Positions 50,022-62,857 of a stretch of DNA of 64,000 bases are shown piece after piece. Position 1 is the stretch's first letter, and each line of letters starts with the position of its first letter. The notes beneath the pieces are model-generated. The model was given only the letters and a program-made list of their open reading frames with translations, had not been told where the DNA came from and searched no databases. This DNA comes from Paraspadella gotoi (Eukaryota > Animalia > Chaetognatha): positions 26,576,564 to 26,640,563 of the forward strand of contig CM119265.1 of assembly GCA_051294375.1 (NCBI GenBank). The letters are read 5' to 3'. The translations under genes were made by a program, and so were the position numbers.

Positions 50022-50628
50022 AGAGGGGAAGAAGGGGTAAGGGTGGGAGAAGGGGAGAGGGTAAGTTAAAAGCTGATTTGTCAAATTGCAATGAAATATT
50101 GAACTGAAAATACATTTATAAAGTCACTAACAATGACCTCAATTTATGATTTTTGAATCATGTGCACAGTAGATACCAAAAAAAAAAAATTGTTGGCCAA
50201 TAAAGCAAAAAAAGCTCAAAATGTTATATCTACTTTTTTTATTTTGTTAGGAAACCATCAAAGATGGTATGAAAGTGTGGTTATAACTTAGTTTATATTA
50301 GTTCTTTTTTCGAACGAACGAACGAACGAACGAACACAAACTTAAACTTTTTGGAAACCCTCGTCACAAAGAATTTTAAGTTTTTGATTTAATTCAATCA
50401 ATATTTGAATATTAATATTAATATATTAATGTTAATATTTATATTAATATTGATGTTATATTAACTACTTAAAAAGTCAATAACAAAGACAAACGAGACT
50501 CTACCTTTTAACAACTTATTATAAATATAAGAAGATACAATGACGTTAAAAATGGAGTTGATAATAATAATTTTGACGTCGATTAAACAAAGAGAAAAAG
50601 TCTTTGATTCTTTGCTTGAAATTCTATT

Positions 50629-50707
50629 GAAGGGGCGCTGGCGTTGTTTCGGTATTTGACGATGTGAGTAGGTTGGTAGGGGGGAGTGAAGGATGAGGTA
50701 AGTAAAG
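50629..50707 (+). pseudogene. Isolated duplicate of the methyltransferase exon 2 end and donor site
   Basis: gaaggggcgctggcgttgtttcggtatttgacgat|gtgagt...ggatgaggtaagtaaag matches 49037-49124. Confidence 0.8.
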
Positions 50708-51318
50708 TATTTTCATGTTTTATTTGCTCCTTCTCATAATTGTATATATATGTAATCAAAAAGTATTATGCAGCGTTTTAATTTTCTTTATTTGGTGTCA
50801 TCAAGAGAATATAATAAAGACAAATTTAAGGCACTTAAAAAAGTTAAGAGAGGACAATAAAATAAATAAATTTCTTGTTTGCAGATGAATATTGTTTTAA
50901 AATAATAAATGTCTTTGTAAACGAATTATAAATGAATAAAAATAAACTGAATAACTCGAAATGAATGAATGATTAATTTATTATAGAAAAGCCACGAAAG
51001 TGAATGAATCAACAAATTTTCATTCGCTTCTAGTGAATGACAATGAGACATTGAGAGAGATGAAAAGAAAAAGGAGGAGGAGGAGGAGGTGGTGGTGACC
51101 AAACGTCGTCTGCTTATCCACTCACATGACAAATGCGAGGCGGAAAAACCACGTGTGTACTGATCGTGAAACATGAACGACCGTTTTCCAATCAATACAA
51201 TTTGTTTCTTTTTCATTTTTCTAAAAATTTTTTGATGCTTTTTTAAGTTTTAATTTAAGAAATACGTGATCTTGTGGTATTTGTTATATAAAATTAATAA
51301 GTTACGATTACCAGCAGA

Positions 51319-51391
51319 GCCGAAATAGCTCAGTTGGGAGAGCGTTAGACTGAAGATCTAAAGGTCCCTGGTTCAATCCCGGGTTTCGGCA
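51319..51391 (+). tRNA. tRNA-Phe(GAA)
   Basis: GCCGAAA/TTTCGGC acceptor stem, CT-GAA-GA loop, A and B boxes. Confidence 0.97.
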
Positions 51392-51573
51392 CTCTTTTAA
51401 TTTTAGGTAATTAATGCTACTTTTATATCTTAGTCATTTTCAACATTATGTGAGAATAAATTTTATTATTAACTACTATTAATATTCTGAGTAATTAAAA
51501 AATCATTCTTTATAACTTGACGCTAATTCTTTCAAGTCTTTTAAAAATATGTTAAATGGAAACAGCAGTAAGA

Positions 51574-51646
51574 GGGGGATTAGCTCAAATGGTAGAGCGC
51601 TCGCTTAGCATGCGAGAAGTACCGGGATCGATACCCGGATCCTCCA
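51574..51646 (+). tRNA. tRNA-Ala(AGC)
   Basis: GGGGGAT/ATCCTCC with G3:U70, TT-AGC-AT loop, oligo-T terminator. Confidence 0.97.
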
Positions 51647-51830
51647 TTTTTATTTCATTGCATTTTAGTGAAATTGTGAAAAAATTGTTAATAATATTCA
51701 GTAATAAAAAAATTGGTGTATTCTGTTTTATTTCTTTTTTTTTTTTTTGAAGAGCTCAAAAATGTGACCGGAATAGATTTAAGAATATATATAGGGATAG
51801 GGATAAATGAGACTGTGAGAGAGTCTTGAT

Positions 51831-51982
51831 TGAAAGCTTGCAGTTGCAGGGACTTGCTATGTCATTATCTTGTAAAATAGATGGAGGCCTTAAACCACAA
51901 AAGCCTGTCCAAAGTCAGGGGCAAAATAGCTTATTTATTAAATGAATGGATAATTTTTATATTGGTTGTACTACCAATTTCA
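51831..51982 (+). mobile_element. Copy of the 143-bp dispersed element
   Basis: Matches 30221-30363. Confidence 0.7.
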
Positions 51983-52008
51983 TATTAGTGTAATTTCGAA
52001 AAAATAAT

Positions 52009-52090
52009 CGCAGTTGACAGGATTCGAACCTGTGCACGGAGACCGTAACTGATTTCTAGTCAGTCGCCTTAACCACTCGGCCACAACTGC
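52009..52090 (-). tRNA. tRNA-Ser(AGA)
   Basis: GCAGTTG/CAACTGC stem, CT-AGA-AA loop, long variable arm, G73. Confidence 0.96.
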
Positions 52091-52393
52091 AGGTATTCAC
52101 AACAAAATGTGGCATTCAAAATATACAAAAAGTGAATATTTTCACCAATAGATAATCAAAAACTATCATAGTTTTACGATTGTGAGGACTTAAATAACTC
52201 AAGCGACAAAAATTTTCGTAGCAAGCCTGCGTAGGGGTGAAATTGTGAATAGATGAGCAGAAATCGAGAACAAGATTATCAAAAAAATTTCACATCAACG
52301 CAATTTAGACCAAAGACTTACACTTTAATTAAAACCGTGGCAAAAAAACAAATAAAAGCAACACGTCAAAAAACTGGACTCAAGAAAAATAAT

Positions 52394-52466
52394 CGCCCAA
52401 TAAGGGACTTGAACCCTTGACCCTCAGATTAAAAGTCTGATGCTCTACCGACTGAGCTAACCGGGC
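52394..52466 (-). tRNA. tRNA-Lys(TTT)
   Basis: GCCCGGTTAGCTCAGTCGGTAGAGCATCAGA-CTTTTAA-TCTGA cloverleaf. Confidence 0.96.
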
Positions 52467-52877
52467 ACTTAGTTATAAACGGTTATTTTCTATAACTGAA
52501 TATTGGGAGTAAAGAGTCGAAATCCATGAAGGGTATAGTCTATACTATAGATTCCCAATTGATAGCCTTCTTGGCCTAAAATAAAAATTAATTGAAACAG
52601 AAGGAAATATATATATATGTAATAAAATATTTAAAATAAAAATCTAAAACTTAAAATAGTGAAACAAGTAATTTTTCAATTTTTATACTTTTTGAATTTA
52701 GGAAAAAAATTTTAAACAAGAATTTCGAGTATGCTATATACTTATAGATTAAAATAATATCTTCAGGAGTTTTAACTTTGATTTAACAAGGCCTTGTCTT
52801 CTTTAAAAATTAAAATGTTTAGGTCTATATTTAATTATCTAATAACAAAATATCAATATCGAATTCAATAAGCAGTT

Positions 52878-52965
52878 CCCTTGATAGCTCAGTTGGTAGA
52901 GCGGAGGACTGTAGTGGTTTGAGACAGATATCCTTAGGTCGCTGGTTCGAATCCGGCTCGAGGGA
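52878..52965 (+). tRNA. tRNA-Tyr(GTA) with 15-nt intron (52915-52929)
   Basis: CCCTTGA/TCGAGGG stem; CT-GTA-G followed by an intron at the canonical 37/38 position. Confidence 0.96.
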
Positions 52966-53372
52966 AATATTTTTTTCAAAAATTTCGATAATTGAAACTT
53001 TTATTCTGAAAGCTCCAAGGTTGCTTTGTGTCATCGTCTTATGTTTACTAACTAAACACATTCGTAAAATTTGAAAAGTTTTCGTTCTAATATTTTATGT
53101 TTTTTTTTTTTACATTTTATTCTACAATGTATAAACTGAAACACTTACAACGATGTCTTATTTAATATGTTTAAGAACCTTAGGATTAAAACTTCATAAC
53201 TGAACGTCAGAGAACTCAACTTAAAGTCACCAAAAGGTCAAAATAGTTAATTATTTCTTTTTTTAAAGACAGTTTACTATGGATTTTCTTTTTTTTATAA
53301 TTAGCGAATAGTATTAAATATATAGTGCTTCTAGTTTCTGTATAATGGTAGATTTAACAGCTTCTACATAAC

Positions 53373-53445
53373 GGTGCTGTGGTGTAGTGGTTATCACATC
53401 TGCCTAACACGCAGAAGGTCCCCGGTTCGAAACCGGGCAGTACCT
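53373..53445 (+). tRNA. tRNA-Val(AAC), atypical acceptor stem
   Basis: Val-type D, anticodon and T arms (TCTGC-CTAACAC-GCAGA); acceptor GGTGCTG/CAGTACC; discriminator T. Confidence 0.92.
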
Positions 53446-53939
53446 TAATTTTTCAATAAAAAATATAAATTTTAAAATTACAGAGACATTTTTACTGACA
53501 ATCTAAAACTGTATCAAAATTGAAATATAAAACAGACTTCCTACAAATTACCAAAACTATTCTTAAACTTAAATGTGTTTGGAAAAAGAGATCATCATAG
53601 AATTTAAAGAAATGCCCAAAAATCGGCTCTCTTTTCCGAAAGTCCCGTATTTCCCTTCCTTAATCCCTGAATTTAAATTTAATCTTAATATAAGGAATAT
53701 GTCGAAGCGATTTTGCTTCCTTGATTTATCTTAAAGTAACTATATGATCTTGTCGAAATTATTAGACACGATTACGAATGCGGCGAAAAAAAAAGAACCC
53801 AAGGGATCAATAAATGGAGAATGACTTGTTACTTGTTAGTACTGGGTAATTTTCTATGTAGAAATAAGAGAAATAGGAAAACCTAAAAATCACGGGCTAA
53901 GAATACGAGTTAGGCTTAATGATCAATAAATCTCTTGGT

Positions 53940-54690
53940 GTCTTGGTAATTCTTTGTTCTTATCTATAAACGAACAGCCATCCCTGGGAGAAGAAAGACA
54001 TGCTGACACTTTGTCGTTCTTCAAAGAGAATTTCGGGGAGACTAAACAGGCGGACAAATTCATATCCATCTGTTATCAACAGACGCAAGGAGCAAACTAT
54101 TCTCGCGACTGTCCGAGTTCCAATCTCGAAAGACAATGGATGGTAGAACAAGAAAAGCGGTCTTTTTCGGTCAGAGAGAGCTCACGCTGACGATATTAAA
54201 GTCACAAAATGACAAATTCTAGTCGCAATGGAATCTTTAAAATCCAATGAGTATTATTTTAAGCCAAAGATCCCGGTGGAGAGAGCGATCAGTCAAAATG
54301 TGCTTTTTAAACAATGGGGGCCATGCGAGCTAAGGGCTACTATCCAGCGGAGGCGGTCGGGCAATCAGCACATTCAGAGGTGATCAGTTGGAATGTCAAG
54401 ATAAGTCTGAGTTCAAAAGCTGAAAGAGATAATATGTTAAGTGCCGGGAAATTTCCACGCTTATTCTAAAGTGCACCAAGTGACGTAATTCACATCGAAT
54501 AACGTGATCCAGTGCTTCAAATGTCAACGCTTCGGACATCGAGCCAACGAATGTAAGGAAGCCAAAAACACGTGTCAATGTGGAGATCCTAACCACGACT
54601 TGGTCTACCAGATCAAGAGAGAAAATATACGTTGCTACAATTGTGGCGGCAACCATCCGGCGTCAAATTAAGGTTGTCCGGTCTACAAAG
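53940..54690 (+). pseudogene. Decayed gag-like ORF1 of a non-LTR retrotransposon
   Basis: QCFKCQRFGHRANEC, a damaged second knuckle CGDPNH, and RCYNCGGNHPASN*GCP form the triple CCHC pattern of I/Jockey/R1-type ORF1. Stops and frameshifts present; no ORF2 follows. Confidence 0.85.
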
Positions 54691-54796
54691 ATTTTACATA
54701 AAATTGTAAAAAATCTACTTAAAAAAAACGTATTTTTAAATTCTATTTATAATTCAGTTTTAAATAATAACAATAAACTAAACTTTATATACAACC

Positions 54797-54868
54797 TCCC
54801 ATGTGGTCTAGTGGTTAGGATTCGGCGCTCTCACCGCCGCGGCCGGGGTTCGATTCCCCGCATGGGAA
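54797..54868 (+). tRNA. tRNA-Glu(CTC)
   Basis: TCCCATG/CATGGGA stem, CT-CTC-AC loop. Confidence 0.97.
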
Positions 54869-55002
54869 TTTTTTGCTGGTGGTCTGCTTTTGTATGTTTG
54901 CTTTTGCTTTTTTAATAAGGAAAAAAATTCAATTAAAAAAATAAAGTAATGTTCAAACTTTTTTTTTCATTTTTGGATTCCACATTAATTAGTAAAAAAA
55001 AG

Positions 55003-55074
55003 AGGCACAGATGGGGTTCGAACCCATGATCTTCGGTTTACGAGACCGACGCCTTACCACTTGGCCACTGCGCC
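55003..55074 (-). tRNA. tRNA-Thr(CGT)
   Basis: GGCGCAG/CTGTGCC stem, CT-CGT-AA loop, U73. Confidence 0.96.
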
Positions 55075-55523
55075 ACGACGAAGCAATTGCCAGATTTGAG
55101 AAATATATTCAGTATGTTTATTTAAAGAATATGAAAAAAATAAGAAATAAGATAACTAGAGTTTTGATTTGAAGTTAAAAATGTCCAGTAAAAGTATGAA
55201 AGAAATATTTTAGATTTTAGAGATACTGAATGAAGTTATCTTTTTAACATAAATCATTCGTTTTTTAAATATTTTCGCGCAAATTAAGATAACAATTAAC
55301 AAAACGGTAAATATTTTTTCATATTCATAACACAAAATGTAAAAAAAAAGTCGTAACTCACCATAGTGGAGTATAAAATATTCGTCGCTGAAAATCCTTA
55401 TTTTTTTTAGTTTTAATTAATTTTATTTTCCTTTTTTTTAGTTGAATAAACAAATATAGTCGAAAAGTCGAAAAACCATAAATATTATATGAGGTTCATT
55501 GTTGAAATGATTAATTCGGTGAC

Positions 55524-55581
<58 letters not shown>

Positions 55582-55975
55582 GTCCCTTTTATTCGGTGGA
55601 AGAGTGTATTACATTGACCATTGACAAGTGACCACTAATCAAAAAGCTCAGGAAAGTTTGAGCAGACAATTTGACTTTCACCGGTCTACACTCTACAAGA
55701 TTTTAGACTCAGTAAAGAGCAAGACCTTTCTTTCTCGCCAGAACGGCTACACTTTCAGTTTTTAATAAAAAGAGGATTTCAAAAAAAAATTGTTTCTTAG
55801 CTATATTTTATTCGCCAAAATTACTTATCCCTCATTTCTGGATGCTTACTGAAGGTAAGTATTTGAAAGAAAAAATAATTTATTGCTTTACTAGTGAGCT
55901 CCCACAAAACTAAAGAAATTTGAAAATATCTCCACTCATCACCGAACCATGTGTTAAGCACTATATTCCTATCAA

Positions 55976-56047
55976 GCCGTGATAGTATAGTGGTTAGTAC
56001 TTCGCGTTGTGGCCGCGACAACCCAGGTTCGAATCCTGGTCACGGCA
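55976..56047 (+). tRNA. tRNA-His(GTG)
   Basis: GCCGTGA/TCACGGC stem, TT-GTG-GC loop; G-1 is not encoded. Confidence 0.97.
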
Positions 56048-56219
56048 CTTTTTTTCATGCGAGCTCGCTCACATTCTTTAGTTTATTATTTAACTTAAAA
56101 ACTAATCTCGTAAATCTCCTTTTGACTTCGTTAATGTTATTATGAAACAATGTTTTTGATTTTCAATATCTTTCCTTTGTTATATTTTGATAATTTAACC
56201 TATTTTTACGAAAACAAAA

Positions 56220-56291
56220 GGGCTCGTCCGGGATTTGAACCCGGGACCTCTCGCACCCAAAGCGAGAATCATACCCCTAGACCAACGAGCC
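56220..56291 (-). tRNA. tRNA-Pro(TGG)
   Basis: GGCTCGT/ACGAGCC stem, TT-TGG-GT loop. Confidence 0.97.
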
Positions 56292-56576
56292 TACATGACG
56301 GTTACTTTTTTGATTTCAAATAAAGCCCTGAAAAATTTCAAATTTATTTTAAAAACCGGAATTACTAGAATTCTCTGTAGTCTATGTCGTAATATTATTC
56401 AAGTTTAGGGTTGGGAGAAATATGTTCTTTAAAAACTTGTATATATTTTGAAAACAACCTAAGACAGTTCTACAAATAAATAGTTAAAAATTGTTATAAC
56501 TCATCTTTGCTTAATTCTGCTTCAGCTTTTGAAATGCTATCTCTCAATCTCAAAAGCTTGCATGCAAAGCTTGTTT

Positions 56577-56658
56577 GCAGTGATGGCCGAGTGGTTAAGG
56601 CGTTTGACTCGAAATCAAATAGGGTTTCCCTGCGTAGGTTCGAATCCTACTCACTGCG
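56577..56658 (+). tRNA. tRNA-Ser(CGA)
   Basis: GCAGTGA/TCACTGC stem, CT-CGA-AA loop, long variable arm. Confidence 0.96.
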
Positions 56659-56889
56659 CTCATTTTCTCCTTTTACGTTTCTGTTGTAATCTTCATTCTT
56701 AAATTTTTAAAATTTTTAAAATTTTTTAAATTTTGTCTTAAATTTTTGTTTATGTTTATATTTTTTCAAGAGACTATTCTGCTTGGTGCACAAGTGAGAG
56801 ATATAATGAAAATCATCCACTCATTTAATAAATAAGCTGATATGTGAAAGGTTTTAAAAAAAACTTTAGTCAAGGAAATAAAAAAAGTG

Positions 56890-56961
56890 CTCCCCGGCGG
56901 GGAATCGAACCCCGGTCTCTCGCGTGACAGGCGAGGATACTCACCACTATACTACCGAGGA
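56890..56961 (-). tRNA. tRNA-Asp(GTC)
   Basis: TCCTCGG/CCGGGGA stem, CT-GTC-AC loop. Confidence 0.97.
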
Positions 56962-59522
56962 CTGCCTACAGGGATCTGAGTTGAAACAATTTTTAAAACT
57001 GATTGTGACTGACACATTGGGTTTTAAATTACTCACTTGAAGGAATAATCGACTTTTAAGGCAAGCTAAATTTTTTTAGGATATAGATTTCTAATGAATT
57101 ATTTCTTAGCATTAAGAAAAAATCAATACGATTTTTTAAAGGAGATTTTTGATGACTCATCGATAATCGATATTTACTAAATTTTGTAACTGTTGGTCTC
57201 TTGTTTAGACTTAACAAATAAATTTACTAAAGAGTGCGCCATGGGTCTGACGTAGAGATTTCGACGAAATAGAGACGAAAAAAGGAACATCGCCACTGAT
57301 TCCAAGTTAAGCTTTTGTTCTTTATAAAAAAATATTGATCATTACCACCATGACGATCTCTATCCTTATCATTCTAAGAACAGTTAGCAATTTAGATAAA
57401 TAATTATCCTTTTTTGTGAATGAGAAACGAACCAAAAAAGAAAAAAGAAAGAGACGGGAAAAAAGCAAGCAAGAAAGAAAGTAAAAAATGAAGAAAGTAA
57501 TAAAGAAATAAAGAAAGGCAGAAAGAAAAAAGAAAGAAAGGGAGTATTTCCACTCCCTTTCCCTAGATACCATTCGAGAAAAAAAACTCGCAAAACTGGA
57601 TTAAGATAAGAAGAAAATGAATCAAGATTTATTTTCTTTAATTCGATTCCGAATCAAAAGAGGAAAATAAAAGGATTCAACATTTGGGTTTTTCGTTTCC
57701 CCGAGTTTCTTCCATTTCAGTCCTTTCATTCATTTTCATTCCTTTTCATTCATTCGTTCGATGATCTATTTCATTCGCGGCCACAAAAATCATAAGAAAA
57801 CCTGAATCTCAAAATTCTTATTGTTTCTTCATTCGGAAAGAACAAAGTCAAGTGGCTTGGTGAATGTAAACTGCACTTTTAAAACTGTAGTAGTTAACTA
57901 TCTGTAATTTGATATATATCTATAAAATTAGTATAACCTAAAAAAAATTAGCTATATTCATTTGATAAATCCACTATCTTGCTCATGATTTTGAACAGGC
58001 TATCCCTGGCTTTTATGGTATAAAGCCTCTATCTCTCATACAAGATAATATCCAAACAAAACCCCCGAAAGCTCAAAACTGTTTCACAGTTTAGGTTATT
58101 CTCTTCCAAAATACTTGACTTTCCTGCTAATGAAGTGGTAAAAGATTCTAAAAAAAATTCAAAAAAAATTGTTCGAAGCCCTAGAGTGAATCGCTTCAGA
58201 GGAAAGCGATGAAGCGAAAAAACATTTTTAAATGGTATCTCTACTCTTTGAGTCGGTTTATTTCGAAGTCGCTATGTATTTTATTCGGTTTTATTGTCGC
58301 TTTAATTGGATTCCGGGTTTTCGTCACAGTGATCAAATCTTGAAGAAGTTGTAACGAAGAAAACCTCGTTATGTTTGCTTATTGTTTCACCCGTTTAATC
58401 CACTTACTTACGTCGGGGTTTTAAATATCCAGTTATTTTCGAAAAACCAAAATTTAACCAATTTGAATTAACCAGTAACCATAGCAATGATTCGATATTG
58501 TAACGACCATTCCTGGGATACGTTAATCTGGTTTGGAAACAGAGTTAGCTTCTGGAATCTTCGCCCGTTACGCGATTCCTTCCTAAATATTGAATCGAGT
58601 TTCTCCGATTGTCGACGAATTCGAGACGAAAATTCATCGTTTGGTTTCGTCTTCATCGCTTAAAATTTAAGTTATTGAAGTTAATAATTTAAGTATTAGT
58701 TAAGTATTTAAGTTAATAAGTTAAATGAGATTTTTGTTCGGAGTCAAAAAAGTCACGTTGGGTGAGACATCGACAGAACTACTGACGACTTTATGAAAAC
58801 ATCAACAGATTAATTATTTTTATTTTCATTTAACGACGATTATATCTATCTATTATATGAAATTGGTACAACCAATATAAAAATTATTATATTTATTATA
58901 TCTAGTAGTTCTGTAATATTTGTAATTTTTTTAGTCCTGCAAAAATTAAAAAAAAATTATGCAAATTGAATTTAAAAAATGAAAAAAACTTTTTCAATCC
59001 CATAAATTCGACAAACAACCATTTTTCCCATGAAATCGAAATGATTTAGATATTTTGACTTTTCATTTGAGGTCGAATGTATTTTTTTAATCAATTTTCA
59101 TAACATTTTTTTTTCAGAATGTAACGGGAGGGAAAAACGAGATGACCGATTGAGAAAATATTTTAGGAAAGGAAAGGATCCTGGATGAGGCGCTTAGTGG
59201 GCTGAAGACTACTATCCGTAACTTCTTTGCCCCCTCTAGCAGCCATGGAACGGGTCCTGGGCTTGGAACTAGGCTTGAGGGTTTCCCATGCCCCCATGCT
59301 GTTCTTACGCTTCCCGGTACCCTGCGGTCATGTGCTGATGGTATTACTCAATGAGCCAACGAGTCACGACTGAAGGTTGAAAATGCTTATAGACGGGGTG
59401 AACATATTGCAAATAATGAAATAGTGGGAGAGAGAATGAAAAAGGGGAGAAAGAGAGGGGAAGAGAAGGAAGAAAAATGTGCAGCTCTCTCACGATCCTG
59501 TAAATCTGAAACAATGAGCAAA

Positions 59523-59585
<63 letters not shown>

Positions 59586-60736
59586 CTCTCTCGTTCTCTC
59601 TTTCCTCCTCCCTCTCTCTCTGTCTCCCTCCTCCCTCTCTCTCTCCTTCCTCCCTCCTGTCTCTCTCTCTCTCATTCTCCACTATCGTCTCCCCACTTAA
59701 CAAATCGTCTCTCTCCCCCAATTTGACATTTCTTCAAATTTCCGCTAAACGCATCGATAAGGAGACAAAAGGCGTTTAAGTCGAAGCAGATGTAGCGAGA
59801 TGTCAGGCGCCACTCGAGATTTTGCCACTCGAGATTCGGCCATTAAAGGAGCGCCACTCGAGATCGCCACTTAAGACGGCAGGTGCTAAACGATTCCCTT
59901 GTCTTTCGATTCAGATTTAATAATTAAAAAAATTAAATTGCGAAATAAAAAAAAAATATTTATTTTTAAATGATGACGTCAGCGGTCTTCGCTTTAGGCG
60001 GTGGCCACTGGGGAAGATCGTTTCGAGGCGGGATCAACTGCGTGGGTCGTCGTAGGCGGTTCCCCGTTGTACGATTTTATTGGCAATTGTGAGATTTAAT
60101 TTTTTGATTACGTCGTCGTTTTAAATGGTTATCGTAAAACATGGATCAATTTTAAAAAAAAGTTTCATTTTATTTGTTTTTTATTTTAATTATTTATTTA
60201 GTTATTGATTGAAGGATTTAAAACTCATTCATTGATTTATTATGGATTTATTAATAGGTCTATTGGTTGATGGATCTATTTATTATTTTATTTAATAAAT
60301 TTGATTTGATTGAATTCAATTGCAAGGAATCAATTGATTGATTCATTGTACTAAAAAATATATATTTATTTATTTATTTAACAATATTTATATTTATAAT
60401 TATTTATCTATTTTAAAACTTTGATTTAATTCTTTTATATCTCTACATTCGTCATTACTCTTTTTGGGCCTAATATAAATTTACTCTTTTGCACCTGCAT
60501 CATTTTTCCTCTCGAATTCATCATTTTCTCTTTTTCACTGAAGTTTCAATTGACTCAAATCAGTCACCGTCGTCGTCGTCGTCGTCGTCCGTCGTCGTCG
60601 TCGTCATGTCGTCGTCGTCGTCGTCGTCGTCATCGTCGTCCGTATCGTCATCGGTCATCTTAAGAAATATCAATTGATCCGTTTGACTTTGAAGTGGAAC
60701 CATTTTTCGATCCCAGCCGTTTAAGGAAATTGCTGT

Positions 60737-60826
<90 letters not shown>

Positions 60827-61452
60827 GAGTGCCTCTCCAATCTCGAGATGGCATCTGGAAAGTCGCCCGCGCAGATTTAAAAATTTCATTATGAATTCGA
60901 ATTCCGAATCCGCGTTTGAGCGCTTGTCCAGTAATATTAAGATCGAATAAAAAAATATTGAGAATTATTATGTTTATTTTTCATAATAAGTTTTAAATTT
61001 TCCAAATTATTATCAAGAAATTATGTTTTTAAAATACAAATAACTAATAAAATATTTTTTATATATTATTTATTTAGGGAGCCTGTACTTGTCTTTACTA
61101 TGAATCTAACATTTAACATAATTTACACCCCCAAAAAATGTTAATACTTGATAATACTTAATAATAGTATTATACATATTTTAATTTATTTAAACGAGCG
61201 CTTCATCGAACTTAAATCGACGTTCGACCGAAGAAATTAAACCGGAAACGCAGCTGAATTTTCCTCGACATCCGTTTGCGACGAAACAACCCAGGAAACA
61301 CCCGAGGAAACGAGAAAACAGAAAAAAACAAAATGAAGAAAAAAAACTGAAATGGGTTAAAGATCAAAAATTGAGCGAAGATGAAAATCGTTTAAACTCT
61401 TGAATTTTCAAGTTGACGCGCATTCGAATCGACTCATTGACTCATTTTAAGA

Positions 61453-61566
<114 letters not shown>

Positions 61567-61737
61567 ATCGATTTAAATTTCTCTTTAACTCGTTTCCATG
61601 GAAACCAGGTGGATCGCATCGATCTTCAAGTTGAACGAATTTTCGAGTTTCGAAATTTAAAAATCGTTTTAAAACGAATTTGGAAGAAGTGAACGACCAG
61701 GTGTAAGAAGGACGATGACGACGATGACAACGACTAT

Positions 61738-61771
<34 letters not shown>

Positions 61772-62213
61772 ATGATGACGATGACAAAGACGATGACGAC
61801 GACGTTGACGACGACTACGACGACCATGAAGATGAATACATGTTTTCTTTACTAAATAACTAATTTTAAGTCTATTTTAAAAATGTTATAATGCTTAATT
61901 GTTTCCTTAGATTTTTTAAAAACTTTTTGCACAGCTTTTTTTTTCCTTGTTTGTTTGTTTTGTTTTTTTTTAATTTCCTTTCCCTTTTTTTCTCCTTTCT
62001 CGCTTCGTTCCTCCCCTTACTTCTTTCCTTTTTCTCTCTTCCTTCCTCCCTTTCTTCCTCCCTTTCCTTTCATTTCCTCCCTCTTTTCTTCTGGATCTCA
62101 GATCGTAAAACAGAGTCCAGGTCAAACAGAAAGAGAAAAAAAGACAAGCGAGGATTTTATCCTTTTCATTCCACAGACTTTTATGGAGGAACTTCGTGTA
62201 TTAGCGACATTAA

Positions 62214-62271
<58 letters not shown>

Positions 62272-62778
62272 TTTGTCAAGATCATAATGCTCATATGCTC
62301 ATATTTCCGAGGGAGGAAAGTTGAAAAGCAATTTTCCGTTCTGCTGGTTCATTTCTTTGTCATTATTTATTTTGTCCCATTTTCAACATTTTAGTGTTGG
62401 CCACTTTTTTTAAAACTTTTTAAATTGTATTTTGTTCTGATAAACACACCAAATACAATAATATTGCATACTCGTATGAAACGAGAACTAATTAAACTAT
62501 AAAGGTAAAATAATCGCGTCGGATTGTCATTTTTAGATCATTTAAATTCATAGTTCAAATCGAGTTTCTTGTTCCGAGATGGAATTTTCGTTAAATTCCT
62601 CAAAAAGAAAGTAAAGATGAAATGTTTCTTTATCGCTGCAATTTTCGTCGTCGTTATCGTTGTCATCATCGTAATCTTCATCATTATCATCATCTTCGTC
62701 ATCATCATCGTCGTCGTCGTCGTCATCATCGTCTCCATCCAATTCGTCCTTCCGATTTTGACTTGACGAATGTTTTAG

Positions 62779-62811
62779 CGTCAAAAAATTTGAATCTGAT
62801 GAATGCGAATC

Positions 62812-62857
<46 letters not shown>

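Noticed and set aside
51556-56689. Short ORFs overlapping the tRNA genes
   Set aside because: They are chance frames across GC-rich tRNA sequences.
59120-59410. GC-balanced island starting TGTAAC (solo LTR?) with a ~68-codon open frame
   Set aside because: No matching CA end with TSD, no recognisable protein motif and no clear splice pair, so it is left uncalled.
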